DNA of 64,000 bases from Schmidtea nova (taxonomy: Eukaryota), in contig CM097883.1 in assembly GCA_044892505.1 (NCBI GenBank), positions 78,182,001 through 78,246,000 of the forward strand, given 5' to 3'. The translations under genes and the position numbers were made by a program. The number at the start of each line of letters is the position of its first letter. The first letter of the stretch is position 1. Of this stretch, positions 1 through 12,119 are shown one piece after another. Under the pieces are notes generated by a model that saw nothing but the letters and a program-made list of their open reading frames with translations, was not told the origin of the DNA and searched no databases.

Positions 1-3000
1 TTTTGATTGGTTTTGACTCATCGAATTGATAATTGCCTTTGTTCCCCGTCCACACTTCTCTCTACTATAGTATTCTGAAAGGAGATATTTATTTAAACAA
101 AAATTGTAAAAATATATGTCATTGTTACGTAAATGTTAAATAATACACAAAGGCATTATGGAATCAAAATTTCCTGAACAAATATGGTCCTATTTAAACA
201 AAATGACATGACCAAAATATGTTACATCATACATTTTATAAAAATGGAATAGATGTGCTAAATGGTTAGTCAGTAGCTCACCTGGGATGAATGACAGCTG
301 TACTGAAGGCTACAAAGTATTTATGAAGTTTCCTCTTGGTATCCTCGACAATATCCTCAGCACCGACTCATGCTCCGGATGCTCGATTTGTCTCAAATTT
401 CCACAATGATGTAAAACGTTAAAAAGTCTTTCGATCTTATGGCTTTCAATGACTAATTATAGATGGATAAAAATGAATTTTTTTATTTTTTGTTGTTATC
501 TTCCGGACCTTTTTTTTGAAATTTAAACTTACACTTAACTTTGACTTAGTTCCTGAAACTATTTTAGAGTATTTAATTGTACTGCCATATTTTCGCTTAC
601 ATTTGAATTGTCAAATCTAATTAGTCGCATACACATTTTGAATGTAAAAACGAAAACTGGTCATGAATCACCTACTTATATTTAATTAATAGTAATTAAC
701 AGTATGATTTTTCTGTATATTTTTAAATCACGTACAGAACACAGATTTTAAAGATAAAATTTTAACTATATTTTGGACAACCATAAATTGATGTGTAATC
801 ACAAATTTTTTTGAAATGATGTAACATATTGCAGTTAATTTATTATTCACATACAGAGGTATGAAAACAATAATAATTGAAAAAAAAACAAATTTGAAAT
901 TATAAAAATTATACGTCACAAAGTATTTTCAACAAATCACATGATTAACAAAAATTACTACAAAATAAAAACCAATACAAGTACTAATTGAATTTCCATA
1001 AACAAAATCAATGTTAGTCAGTGTGGTAGTTTGAATAAATCTCCATGAAATAAACCAATGCAATATAACAGCCAAATTCCAACAAGCATGCGATTGGAAA
1101 TTCATTACCTTATTCGTGAGATCTGATTCGCTGTTCAATACCATATCAAATATGCACACTAATTAGCGTATATGTACAGATTTATACCGAATATGCTTCA
1201 GCGCGATTAAACTGAAATTCATTAAATTCTCTTTAATGTCAAATGGTTCAATAAATTGAAAATTACTGATTTGTTACAAATTTTATTTTTTCAGTTATCA
1301 AAAAATTAAGATTTTAATTTTAAGACTTAAAAATTTTATAAACTGATTTCATAATTATAATTAAATATGTTAAACTGATATAAATGCATTTTAATAGCTT
1401 CAATAAATTATTTAATCAGAACTGGGTTTCTTTTAGGAAGACACTAATTAAACTATTTTTGAGGGCCATCTCACAGTTAGTCGCATGCACGGTTTCCACA
1501 AATAAAATTCTTAATATTAATACAGTAAAAATAAATAAAATGTTGATTAATCTTTATTGGTAAAAGTAGTATATTTAATTAATTTTTAACAAACATTGAG
1601 CTACTGAGCCTTCTAAGCATTGTGTCTTAGGCATATGCGTCAATCTGACCTTGACTCTAGTCGATTATTTGTTCCATATAAAATTTTAAGAAAAAAGTCA
1701 TATTTTTAATCTTTGAATATTATAATAGGATTAGTATTAACACGTTCGCTACAGTGCGTCGATGTATGACAAATATCGTATAACATTGAGTCCAAGTAAT
1801 AAATATATTACAAATAAAAAATAATTTACTAAAAACAGTTATAAATCTTAAAATTAATATGATTTTCGGTTTTGAATTTTATTGTTCAATTCTTCGTAAT
1901 TAAAAATGCATAAAAATATTCATTGTCGAACTTTATTATGGAACTTTAACTTGGAATCTTACTCCACGCGTTCCTCTATTCAATATGCAACCCGACTAAT
2001 TACAAAAAATGATGCTCCAGAAATATATCAAATAACTTTTTAAAACTTTTAAATACGCATCACAAGCGCCCAATCTTAGCATATTTTATCAAGTGTATTT
2101 TCCTTTTACACTTGATGGAAATAATTAAAGTCATATCGATCATTTCCCATATCTCGATGATTGGGTCTCTAAATTAAATATCATTAATTGTACCACCAAT
2201 TCATAGTTTTACAGATCTCTATTTCGCCTATCCAACTTTTCTATTTTGAATTCTAACATAAATGATTAATGTGACAAACAAGATTTTAATTATTGTAGTT
2301 ATCTTTTGGTTTTAACTTTGACCTCTTTTTATTTAAATCAATAATTTTCCAAATTGTGTGTCTATAGATAAAAAATATTCTTAGGTTGTAGTGAGTTATT
2401 GGGAATACTTAAAAACAAATTATCGTGACTCTCTTCTAATAACCTCGTATATAAACATTGTTAACTGCTACAGTGAATATGTAGATGTGAGCCCATGGAC
2501 CACTATGAATTACTGAGCACCCCTTAGAAAATAACACCAGTGTCGCGATTTCGCGAAATGAGTTTCCATGCACCTGTGCAACAATTTACAGCGCACCATA
2601 ACAACATATTATCGGACACTATGTCATGTGTTATCGTGAGTTTTTTAAATGAAGTGTACCTTTTGATTAAAAAGGGCTACTATTGATTATCAAGTGCACA
2701 TATATTTCAATAAGTGCTGCAATTTATTTCAAAGTGCTATTATCGATTTTTAAGTACAAAAAAGTGCAAATAGTTAGTTTTGTACACAAATCACAGTTTT
2801 TCAAAGGGTTATACAAGTTGTTCTGAGACTTTTATTGCATTAAGTTATAGGGGCAGTGTTCCCGGTTCCCCTATAGTATTTTTTGTTTCAAAAATTATGA
2901 AAAATTCAATTTTTTCACGATTTTTCTTAAGGAAAAAATTACCATATAATTTATTATGGAAATGAGTTCAGGGATCGATTATCGATCACCACTAAATTCA

Positions 3001-3268
3001 AAATTCAAAAGTAATCTATATTTTATCTATCTCAATGTGCCTAGTGTCATTCGACTAAAAAAAATTCCCCATCTTGTGATCCAAAATTATTTCGAAAATT
3101 ATTGATATTCAAATACTTTGTTTTTCACAGCAACTGCAACAACATATAGAGTTAATTTTCATTTCACATGTTGAAAATCAAGTGCTCTTTCTGCCCATGT
3201 AAAAGTTTCGTTAGAAACAAGTGACTTAATTTTGCACCCACTGCACTTCAAATTTTTCCTAGGGGCTT

Positions 3269-3896
3269 CAGGGCCGTCCTAATCACTGGGCTAAATGTGC
3301 TCAAAGCCTTTTAGGGCTGCAATTTTTATTTGCGATGTATATGTTTTTTTTGTTATTATTAGTTATTTATAGTTATTGTCATTTAGTTATTAGTTTCATA
3401 AAAATTCACTTTTCGTTTTATTACTTATCACGTATTTTTAAATTAAAACAATTTATTAAATACAAACTGCAGTGGCGAAAGATCATTTTCAGCAATAAAA
3501 AGAATAAAAAAATATTTACTATCTTCTTTGGGACAGAACAAATTCAATGATTTAAGGATTTTATCAATTGAGAGATATTTATTTGATAACTTAAATATGA
3601 GGGATATTATTAATTAGTTTGCCAAAGAAAAGCTAGGAAAATAAATATATAAGTTACTTTTGTTTCTTGTTTACATTAAGGTTTGTTTTTGTTCTTAAAG
3701 GTTTTTTAATTTAATTTAATTCAATTTTATGTTTTTGTTTTGTATATAGGTAATAAATTGATTTTTTTAGTTCTGCCACTTTTGTATAACTTTGCCGGAC
3801 ACCCCGCTCCCGTTTGCTATTCTGTGAATTTTTTTACGAAAAGGGTTTTATAATTTTTAGTAGCCCGAGGGCGCCTAATTTCTTAAGGCGGACTTG
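3269..3896 (+). mobile_element. Internally deleted hAT DNA transposon with dimerisation-domain remnant
   Basis: Imperfect TIRs CAGGGCCGTCCTAA / TTAAGGCGGACTTG; 8-bp TSD AGGGGCTT / AGGTGCTT (7/8); 3455-3660 reads TNCSGERSFSAIKRIKKYLLSSLGQNKFNDLRILSIE (hAT C-terminal dimerisation motif). Confidence 0.8.
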
Positions 3897-4440
3897 AGGT
3901 GCTTAAAATTATTTTCAAGACATTTATAGCTAATTCTTACAGTAAAACTTTTCTCTATATGATGGTATATAAATTTTTATCATAATATTGATTTTTATTT
4001 TTGGCACCCTGTGCACTTCAATTATTTTGTATTTTTTTGCACTTATTATCAAAAAATTTATAGCTTATTAGATAATTTAATTCTTTACAAGATAGTATAT
4101 AAATATTTGATATAAAATTGATTTTTAAATTTTGCACTCACTGCACTTCAAATATTTTATAGGTGCTCAACTAGAGTATTAATATTTTTTAAATCAATCT
4201 TCTTAAAATATTATTCTCTATAATATGATATATTAATTTAAGTTAAAAATTTGATTTTATTTTTTCAACTCTTTACATTATAAGTTTCCTGCAAGTGCTT
4301 GCAATTATTTTCAAGAACTATATAGCTCATTCGATTCAAAATTTAATTCTCTACAAGATGGTATATAAATTATTGGTATAATATTAAGTTTTGCATTTAT
4401 TGCACATGGACATTTTTATAGGTGCTTAAATTATTTTTCA
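3897..4440. repeat. Degenerate ~130-140 bp tandem repeat array
   Basis: Recurrent block GTGCTT..TTATTTTCAAG..TATAGCT..ATGGTATATAAATT..TTTTGCAC..TGCACTTCAA at about 3900, 4030, 4160 and 4290; the hAT at 3269-3896 interrupts one unit. Confidence 0.55.
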
Positions 4441-4445
4441 ATATA

Positions 4446-4846
4446 CAGTAATCCCTCGATCTGTGTGGTAGTTACAGTCTGAAAAAACAGCGCTCAAACC
4501 GAAACCGCGTTATGTGAACCTACTTTTGTATTAAATTTGAAGAATACGTTCCAAATTTTAAATTTCTCATAAAAAATTTAATTCTAAGTAAGTACATAGT
4601 TCAAATAAAGTTTTTGTTCAGTGAATAGTTATATTACACAAAAATAAAAGTTAAACATAAACAAAAAATAAATAAAAATTATAAATTCATTTAATGTAAA
4701 TGAAAACACACATATGTAAATGAAAAACTCTTTACATCATGGAGAAATATATACGCGCTGCTGCGAAACTTTTACCACACAATGCAAAAATTTTAGTGGT
4801 AAAAAAAATCGCGCAGTCACAAACCGCACAGATCAAAGGATTACTG
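4446..4846. mobile_element. Tigger/pogo-type MITE
   Basis: TIRs CAGTAATCCCTCGATCTGTGTGGT / ACCGCACAGATCAAAGGATTACTG with TA duplication on both sides; no coding capacity. Confidence 0.85.
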
Positions 4847-4925
4847 TATTTTTACATGATTCAATTTGTAATTTAATTCTCTTCAAGGGTTGAAAATAAT
4901 TTTTAAATTAATCTTTTTACTCATA

Positions 4926-6352
4926 CCCCGGGCTACCAAAAGTCTCCAGTCCGACAGTTATTTACATAGTGCAGTTTATAATGAACGTCTGCAGCGCAAA
5001 TATGAACAGCAATGGAACAAAGATCACCAACACCTTCAACATGCTGCATGTGCACATGTACACACACATGCACACACATAGACACACACAGAATATGACT
5101 ACTCACACAAGACACACAACAGCGATAACAGGGAGTCATGTTAATGAAAGATTGTCACTTTCTTAGAATATGACTACTCACACCAGACACACAACAGTGA
5201 TAGCAGTGAGCCATGTTAATAAAGGATTGTCAATTTCTTAGAATATGGCTACTCAGAGAGAACTTACAGACTTTCAGAAAAGCATTATTTACGGATGTTA
5301 CCTCTGTGAAAAAAGTCAGAGTGAAACTGATGCATTGACAGGCCATCCCAAAGGAACTACTTCCTAAAGAAGTACCGCCAGGAACAGGCACATAAACTTC
5401 TGAGAATCCGTACACAACGGCAGCTGAAACGATTTGTGGTCACTAATCGTCGATTCCCCTTTCATATTTAGTGTCCACATTTAACACTGGCCCTGTGCAT
5501 GCCAGCATGTCCACCATTCGTCACGCATTAAATTTTCATGGTTTCTATGGCAGATACTGTGCAAGGAAGCCCTTGATTACAGAAACAATTCGTCGTCGTC
5601 GCTTGATTTGGTTCCGGGATAGAAGGAGTTGGGCAGCAGAACAATGGCGCTCAGTCATTTGGAGTGATGAATCACGTTTTACTCTTTTTATATTCGATGG
5701 ACAGCAATTCTGCTGGTGTCGTGTAGGAGAAGGATTTCACCCTGACAGCATTCAGCCAACTGTGAAATATGGAGGAGACTCAATCATGTTTTAGAGTCTT
5801 TTGTCAGATCGTGGAACTGGCCCTCTAGTGAAGTGCAACAATCACATGACGTCAGTGGAATACTGTGCCATTCTGGAAAATGAGCTTGTTCCCTTTCTCA
5901 CAGAAATTGAGGGGGTCATTTTCCAACAGGATAATGCACCAATCCAGACTTCGCACATTATGAAGGAATTCTTTCTGCAGCTACTATCAACGTTTTTGAT
6001 TTGGCTCCACAAAGCCCTGATCTGAATCCTATTAAGTTTCTGTGGGACTTCGTTGGTAGGTGAGTTTGCAAAAGGATTCCTATTGCCCGTAACGCCTCCG
6101 AACTGGAAACGCATCTGCATGAGGAATGGTCATACATCTTCCCTGATTTCCTGGCAAAAGTGGTCGATACAATGCTTAAACAAATGCGCCTTGTTATCCA
6201 GATGAAAGGTAATAAAGCGAAGTACTAACTCTCTCAGCATTACAGACATTCAGTATCCGTGTGTGTTTGTGACATTTGTTCCCATTGCTGTTCATTATAA
6301 ACTGCAATATGTAAATAACTTCCTAACTGGAGACTTTTGGTAGACCGGGGCA
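4926..6352 (+). mobile_element. Tc1-family transposon, decayed transposase (about 5245-6228)
   Basis: Long TIRs (CTACCAAAAGTCTCCAGT..AGTTATTTACATA.TGCAGTTTATAATGAAC at both ends); N-terminus MATQRELTDFQKSII at 5245; catalytic motifs VIWSDESRF and FQQDNAP plus a frameshifted SPDLNPI-like motif; stops and frameshifts. Confidence 0.9.
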
Positions 6353-6383
6353 TATTAACAAAGATTGTAGTAAAATATTTTAA

Positions 6384-7010
6384 ATGGAGTTGCAAAATTA
6401 AGCTTTTTATCAAATTGTTAGACCGAGTGGTAGCGGCAAAACACTTTTTGTATGTAAATTATTGCAATTTAATCTTTTTGTTGAAAAATTCAATAAAATA
6501 TATTGTCACAAGGATTCAGAGTTTGAAAATGGATCAACACAATCAGAATTTTGTAAAGTTAAAAATTATTCAAGGATTTAATAAAGATTGGAGCAAACGT
6601 TTACAAAAAAGAGACGTCATCATTATTGATGATTTTTATCAAGAAACCAACAAAGAAAAGGAATTTAATAATTTGTTTACAAAGATTACTCGTCATTTTG
6701 GAGTTACTGTCATATTTATAACTCGAAACCTGTTCCATCAAGAATGAAATCATAGAACTCGTAATTTAAATGTGTATTATCTAGTAATTTTTAAAAATCC
6801 AAGAGATGCAACAGCTATTGATTTTCTAGCAAGGCAAGCATATTCAAACAATAGAAAATTTCTACTTGAAGTATTTCAAGGTACAACTAAAACTCCACAT
6901 GGTTATTTATTTCTAAACTTCACTCAAAAAATGTTCAGATGATTTACACGTTCAAACAGATATTTTTAATAAAAACGGAACAACAGTATATAAAAAAGTT
7001 GATCAAAAAG
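6384..7010 (+). pseudogene. Maverick A32-like packaging ATPase (frameshifted)
   Basis: Walker A (R)PSGSGKT near 6410-6435; after a frameshift, Walker B IIIDD and LFTKITRHFGVTVIFITRNLFHQ..NVYYLVIFKNPRDA..LARQ..TPHGYLF, typical of Polinton ATPases. Confidence 0.85.
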
Positions 7011-7233
7011 AAATATTAATAATGTCGTTTCAAACAATAATTGTCAAACCTTCAAAGAAAAGAAATTTAAAGAAATTGACTAAAAACAATACAAGAGAAA
7101 AATTTCAAATAAACTTGTATCAAAAACTAGTTTTACAGAACTAACAGAATTTCAATTATCCAAACAAAAACCTATGGAATTCAAAACATCTAGGCAATTC
7201 AAGATTCCACGGAGTTAGTCGTATTTTAATTTA

Positions 7234-7533
7234 TTGCTAAAGGCTCCAAAACAATCGAGAATGATAATTTTACAATCATTTCCTACATTTGTGATTGATG
7301 ATTTACTGGATATAATAATGAAAATTGTATATGGTAAGGTAAATATTAGCGTTGCAAAGAAACAAATGTTGATTAAACACAAGAAATTTCTTTTATCTCT
7401 TGTAAATAGTAAGAATAAGAAGCAAATGATAAAGATTATGTATAAACAACATGGTGGATTTATTGCAGTTCTGTTACCTCTTGCATTATCATTATTAGGC
7501 GAAGCAGGTTTATTAGGTGCACCTAAAGCATAA
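7234..7533 (+). CDS. Maverick small basic core protein with QxGG site and amphipathic C-terminal peptide
   Basis: Lys-rich ORF ending KQHGG-FIAVLLPLALSLLGEAGLLG; lies between ATPase and integrase as in other Polintons. Confidence 0.7.
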   Translation: MLKAPKQSRMIILQSFPTFVIDDLLDIIMKIVYGKVNISVAKKQMLIKHKKFLLSLVNSKNKKQMIKIMYKQHGGFIAVLLPLALSLLGEAGLLGAPKA

Positions 7534-7598
7534 ATATAGGGCGCTAGTCATTCATTACCTGATTTCCAGCTTAGCTTGATTTAACTCAAATTGTTGCA

Positions 7599-9210
7599 AT
7601 GGAGGAAATTTGAACAAACCCGCAAGATCCAGTATCTTTCGAAAGAGTCGACAGACTGCAAAAATCTATCAAGAAATAAAAAAACGAGACTCAAACATGG
7701 TTATCGAACCAACTTCCATACAGTCTAAACAAACCAATGCAGAAAAGATTTCCAACAAGAGCATATAAAACATTTGGTATTGATGATTTGTGGCAATTAG
7801 ATTTGATGGAAATGATTTCATACTCAAAAATCAACAAAGGTTACAAGTATATTCTAACATGCATTGAAGTTTTTAGCCGGTACGCAAGACACATTCCAGT
7901 AAAATCAAAATCTGCATACAAAATGTCAATAGCAATCAAAAATTTATTTGCTGATGGTCACCCATTTAATTTACAAACAGATTTGGGTAGAGTTCTACAA
8001 TAGTTAAGTGAAACAAATTCTAAAAGAAAACCATGTAAATCATTATATTGTAAATTCCCAATACAAGGCAGCACATGTTGAAAGTTTATCGTACATTGTG
8101 AGATAAATTAAAAAAGTATTTTTTACATCAAATTAATAAAACATGGATACATGTTTTACCAAAACTTGTGCATTCATGCAGTGGTAGAACTTCAAAATTT
8201 AGGCCCCCGCGAAAAAGTAAAATAGTTCCCCATTTAATTTTTTAACAAAACATATTAGATATTTATTTCATATATCATAAAACAATAAAAATATAAATAA
8301 TAAATAAAACTTATGAACCTTAAATTTAAAAATCTTTTCTCCTTGATTTCATATTGGCAAATTCATTAATTATTTTTTTAAATTCCATTTTTCCAGCCTC
8401 TTTTGCTTCAATATAAAGTATAGAAAGATCGCTTAAATGCTCCTTTCCAATGGTATTACGCATATAATATTTTATTATTTTCAGCTTTGAAAAACAACGT
8501 TCAGCTGATATAGCCGTAACAGGTAGCGTGAGAAATAATAACAATGCTGTTATCACCTGTGGAACACTTGCAGCTATAGTTGACAATTTTACTATTAAAA
8601 GTTTTTGCAAATTCGCGTACAGATGAAATTTTGGAAATTTGGGTCCTCTATAAAATATGATTGTAAAAGATTTTTTCAAAAATAAATTTTAATAATAACT
8701 TTGGGCCCTCTATAGCTGCTGGACCCCCATGTAGTGCAGGGTCCTGCGTCCACTAGTTCCGCCACTGCATTCATATAACCATTCATCACATCGTGGTTTA
8801 AATAGATTGAGACCAATTGATGTTTCATCAGATAATCAAATAAAGTTGTGGTTGTCTAGTAAAACTACAAAACCAAAGAAACAAAACTATGAAATCGGAG
8901 AATATGTGCGAATATTAAAAATTGGCGCTTCACCATTCATTAAAAACTTTGACAGTAAATTGGAGTGATGTAGTATTTCAAATTTCAAAGACTAATACAA
9001 AACAGAATACAGTCATGTATGTCATTAAAGATTATGACAACAATGAAATTGTGGGGAAATCCTATGAACAAGTATTTTAAGTTATTCCATCACACTCAAT
9101 ATTTAGAATAGAAAAGATTCTAAAGACAAAAGGAAAAGGTATCACGTCAATATCACGTCAAATGGCATGGATATCAAAGCCCTACTTGGATATCAGAATC
9201 TCAGTTACAA
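7599..9210 (+). pseudogene. Maverick retroviral-like (rve) integrase with C-terminal chromo-like region, split by a hAT insertion
   Basis: WLSNQLPYSLNKP..LWQLDLMEM..YKYILTCIEVFSRY..LQTDLG; removing 8179-8767 plus one TSD copy restores KLVHSYNHSSHRGL; later FRIEKILKTKGK. Confidence 0.9.
8179..8767 (-). mobile_element. Internally deleted hAT element nested in the Maverick integrase
   Basis: TIRs CAGTGGTAGAACT / AGTTCCGCCACTG; 8-bp TSD CATTCATG / CATTCATA; ORF 8326-8679(-) LPVTAISAERCFSKLKIIK..LSDLSILYIE = hAT dimerisation domain. Confidence 0.9.
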
Positions 9211-9950
9211 TGAATAAAAGTAATTTCTATATGATTTTACCACGTAATAGTTGCCCAACAATTCATCCTAATAACGAATCTAGTAACTTAGTTGTTGAAA
9301 TTCAAAATCAAATCTATTTGAATGGAAATTGGGAGGTATCCTATTTGATAAAACTGTGAGAATAGAACTTGAGACTCTTCCGAAAACTGGAAAGATGATG
9401 GAATTCAAATTCAACTCTTGTACAATGAAAAATCTGAATATGCGTATATCTTTAAAGATGAATTATATATTGCAGATCTTGATCAATTACAAGTTTATTT
9501 AATACAAAATTGTGCAAATATTTTAGCAATAGTCGAATTAGAAAAAGACAAATGTTTTTAATTCCAAAATAATTCTAAAATGAGTCAAGTTAAATTTAAT
9601 TCAAATTTGGTAAAAACATTAGGATTACAAAAGAACATATTTTACAAAATGGTTAAGTTAAAGAAGGAACATCAAAATCCAAAATAATTAAACTTCATCA
9701 ACAAATGTTCATCTATATCAATATTGTTGAATCTGTAATTGTTGGTGATGTAGAAGTTCCTCTTTTGAAAACAGTATGGGTTGAAAAACATGAACAGGAA
9801 GAAGTGGTTCAAATACAGATTGAAAATCCCATATATTTATATGTTTTGACATCTTGTATAAACAATATAGAAATTAATATATGCGATGATTACGGAAGAT
9901 TAATAACCTTTCCAAAGATTCAAAAATTCATTTGACTTACATTTTAAAAA
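9210..9950 (+). pseudogene. Maverick minor capsid (penton-like) protein
   Basis: N-terminus NFYMILPRNS..HPNN..YLNGNWEVS and C-terminus IYINIVESVIVGDVEVPLLK..NPIY..IEINICDDYG match Polinton minor capsid motifs; disrupted in the middle. Confidence 0.8.
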
Positions 9951-9955
9951 GGTGA

Positions 9956-10292
9956 ATGTCTAATCCCGATATTGTTTCATTGTAAAGCGATAGTCAAACT
10001 GGTGGGGAATTACCATATTTTGTTGAAATACAATATATATCCGGTTGGCGACGAATAATTGCTTCCTATACTTAAAATGAATGGTTCTTTTGGTATGAAC
10101 ACAGCAAAATATGTGATTATGAAAGATTAGAAAATACTCTCTACTCTGAAAAGACATGCAATGGAAGAAATTGGAAAATTAAGACCTAGTGCTAAAAAGG
10201 CTTTTAAACCAAGTGAAGCAGAAAACCAGAAGCAAAAAAACGTCAAAAGTTTCTTATAAACAAAAGATGGAAAGGTCGTGGAACCATATTTG
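9956..10292 (+). pseudogene. Second Maverick core protein (QTGG motif, basic C-terminus)
   Basis: MSNPDIVSL*SDSQTGGELPYFV.., then basic LKRHAMEEIGKLRPSAKKAFK; between minor and major capsid genes; stops and frameshifts. Confidence 0.55.
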
Positions 10293-10295
10293 AAA

Positions 10296-11552
10296 ATGAT
10301 TTGCAGCAAAACTGAATTGTGTATTTTTGATCGTCCATCATCTCAAGTAGTAATTGAACATGGTGCATTCGAACATGGATTTCCCATGAACGTAATTACT
10401 GATTCTAGAAAGGATATTGAATTTTATATTAACGGATCGCAAACAGAATAGTTGGATTTAAATGACACTTTATTATTTCTTCAAATGAAAGTTGTAAGTA
10501 AAGACAATAAAAGTTTGAAAGTTGTAAATAAAGACAATAAAGATTTGGCTAATGGTATATATGTAGTACCGAGTAACTTCATGTTTCATACTCTATTTAA
10601 AGGTGTTATACTGCGATTTGATAATATTAAAATTTAAGGGGGGGGGGAACAACACATATACACAAAGTTTTATTGAAACAAATTTAAACTATAATGGATA
10701 TACAAAGAGTGTTTCGCTTGCAGCAATTGGTTATGGAACCAAAGAATTTAGAAAAACAATGGATTTCAAAATCAAGATTTTTTAATATGTTCATCATTAC
10801 AATTAAATTCTATGGATCAACCCAAATAACTGATTCCCAGTGATATTGTTCACATTCGTCTAAAAAGATCAGAATCAAAGTTTTGTTTGGATACAAATGT
10901 TGCTGGAGGAGCACCAAAATATCAATTGGTTGATGCGAAATTGATGGTGCACCGAGTAAGAGTTGAATCATCAGTGTTGGTAGGTCATCAAATTGGTCTC
11001 AATTCGCAATATGCAATCTATCGCAACAATACAAAAGAAATTGTTGCATTTGCAATAAGCAAATGTTCTTCATCCTTTTATAAGGAACAAATATTTTGAG
11101 ATAAGCGTTTGCCAAACTTTATTCTTGTAACCTTTTAATCAGGAGCTCAATATAACGGTTCATGCACGGAAACAAGCTCAAAATTTGACCATTTCAGTAT
11201 AACTTCATTAACCTTATCAAAGAACTATGATTACCGTGAAACATATACCCAAGATTTTGACAACGATAATTATGCTGTAAATTATATGCAATCTATACTA
11301 CGAAATATGATTTTTTTAGATAAGAATTTAAATTTTGGAATAGATCTTTTAGACTTTAAAAACAAATATTCATTCTTTACATTTGTTTTGGCTCCCGACT
11401 TGGATTGGAATCAAGCACATTTACCTCAAAATAGTAATTTAAGACTTGATATTAAATTCAATAAGGTTTTGACATCCCCTGCATATGTCATAATTTATGG
11501 TGTTTTTGAGAGTAAAGTTCAAATTTCAGGAAGTCTAGCAATTTTAGTTTAA
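10296..11552 (+). pseudogene. Maverick major capsid protein (double jelly-roll)
   Basis: CSKTELCIFDRPSSQ..IEFYING..DLNDTLL; later AKLMVHRVRV, FTFVLAPD and NLRLDIKFNKVLTSPAYVIIYGVFE; several stops and frameshifts. Confidence 0.85.
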
Positions 11553-11619
11553 ACGAAGTTTTTGTTGACGAAAAAGGTGAAGTATGGAGTAAGTTTGTTT
11601 TTATAGATGATTTTACTAA

Positions 11620-11960
11620 TTTAGTTCTATTCAGGTAAAAAGAATTGCATCAAATCTATTTAGGTGCGAAGTTTTGGGAGTTTTTCCTTTGGATAAAATC
11701 AAGTTTTCGACAATAACAATGCTATTATCGTGAATACTCAATCCTCGAGATTTGGTGAAGAACATTGGTTAACCATTTATGTGAAAAAGATTCATGTATT
11801 TGATCCTATAAGTTATTATTATCCATCACTCTTGGTGTCAAAGCGGTCGAAATTATCAAAACCTGTTTTGTACAATAAAGTTAGATATCAAGATCCATTT
11901 ACAATTACTTGCGGACAATATTGTATGGTTTGGTTTGGTTTTATGTTTAATATATGTTAG
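11620..11960 (+). pseudogene. Adenain-like cysteine protease of the Maverick
   Basis: GVFPLD..IIVNT..GEEHW..VFD..YQ..TCGQYC: catalytic His, Asp, Cys and oxyanion Gln in the expected order. Confidence 0.85.
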
Positions 11961-12119
11961 TAAATGTTTTTTCTTTATTTTTCAAAGTAAATAAAATAAC
12001 AAAGTTTCTGTACAAGTTTAATTAAATAACAATAACAACATGAAAAATAACAAACATTTACAAAAATATCATAATAGAAATTGTTGGCTGGTTGGGAATT
12101 TATCACTTGTTCATGCAAA

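Noticed and set aside
1-2700. Short GC-richer patches that may be host exons (e.g. about 2527-2635 +, ending at GTGAGT) and ORFs 728-919 and 929-1159
   Set aside because: No recognisable motif and no consistent multi-exon model; the listed ORFs look like chance frames in AT-rich DNA.
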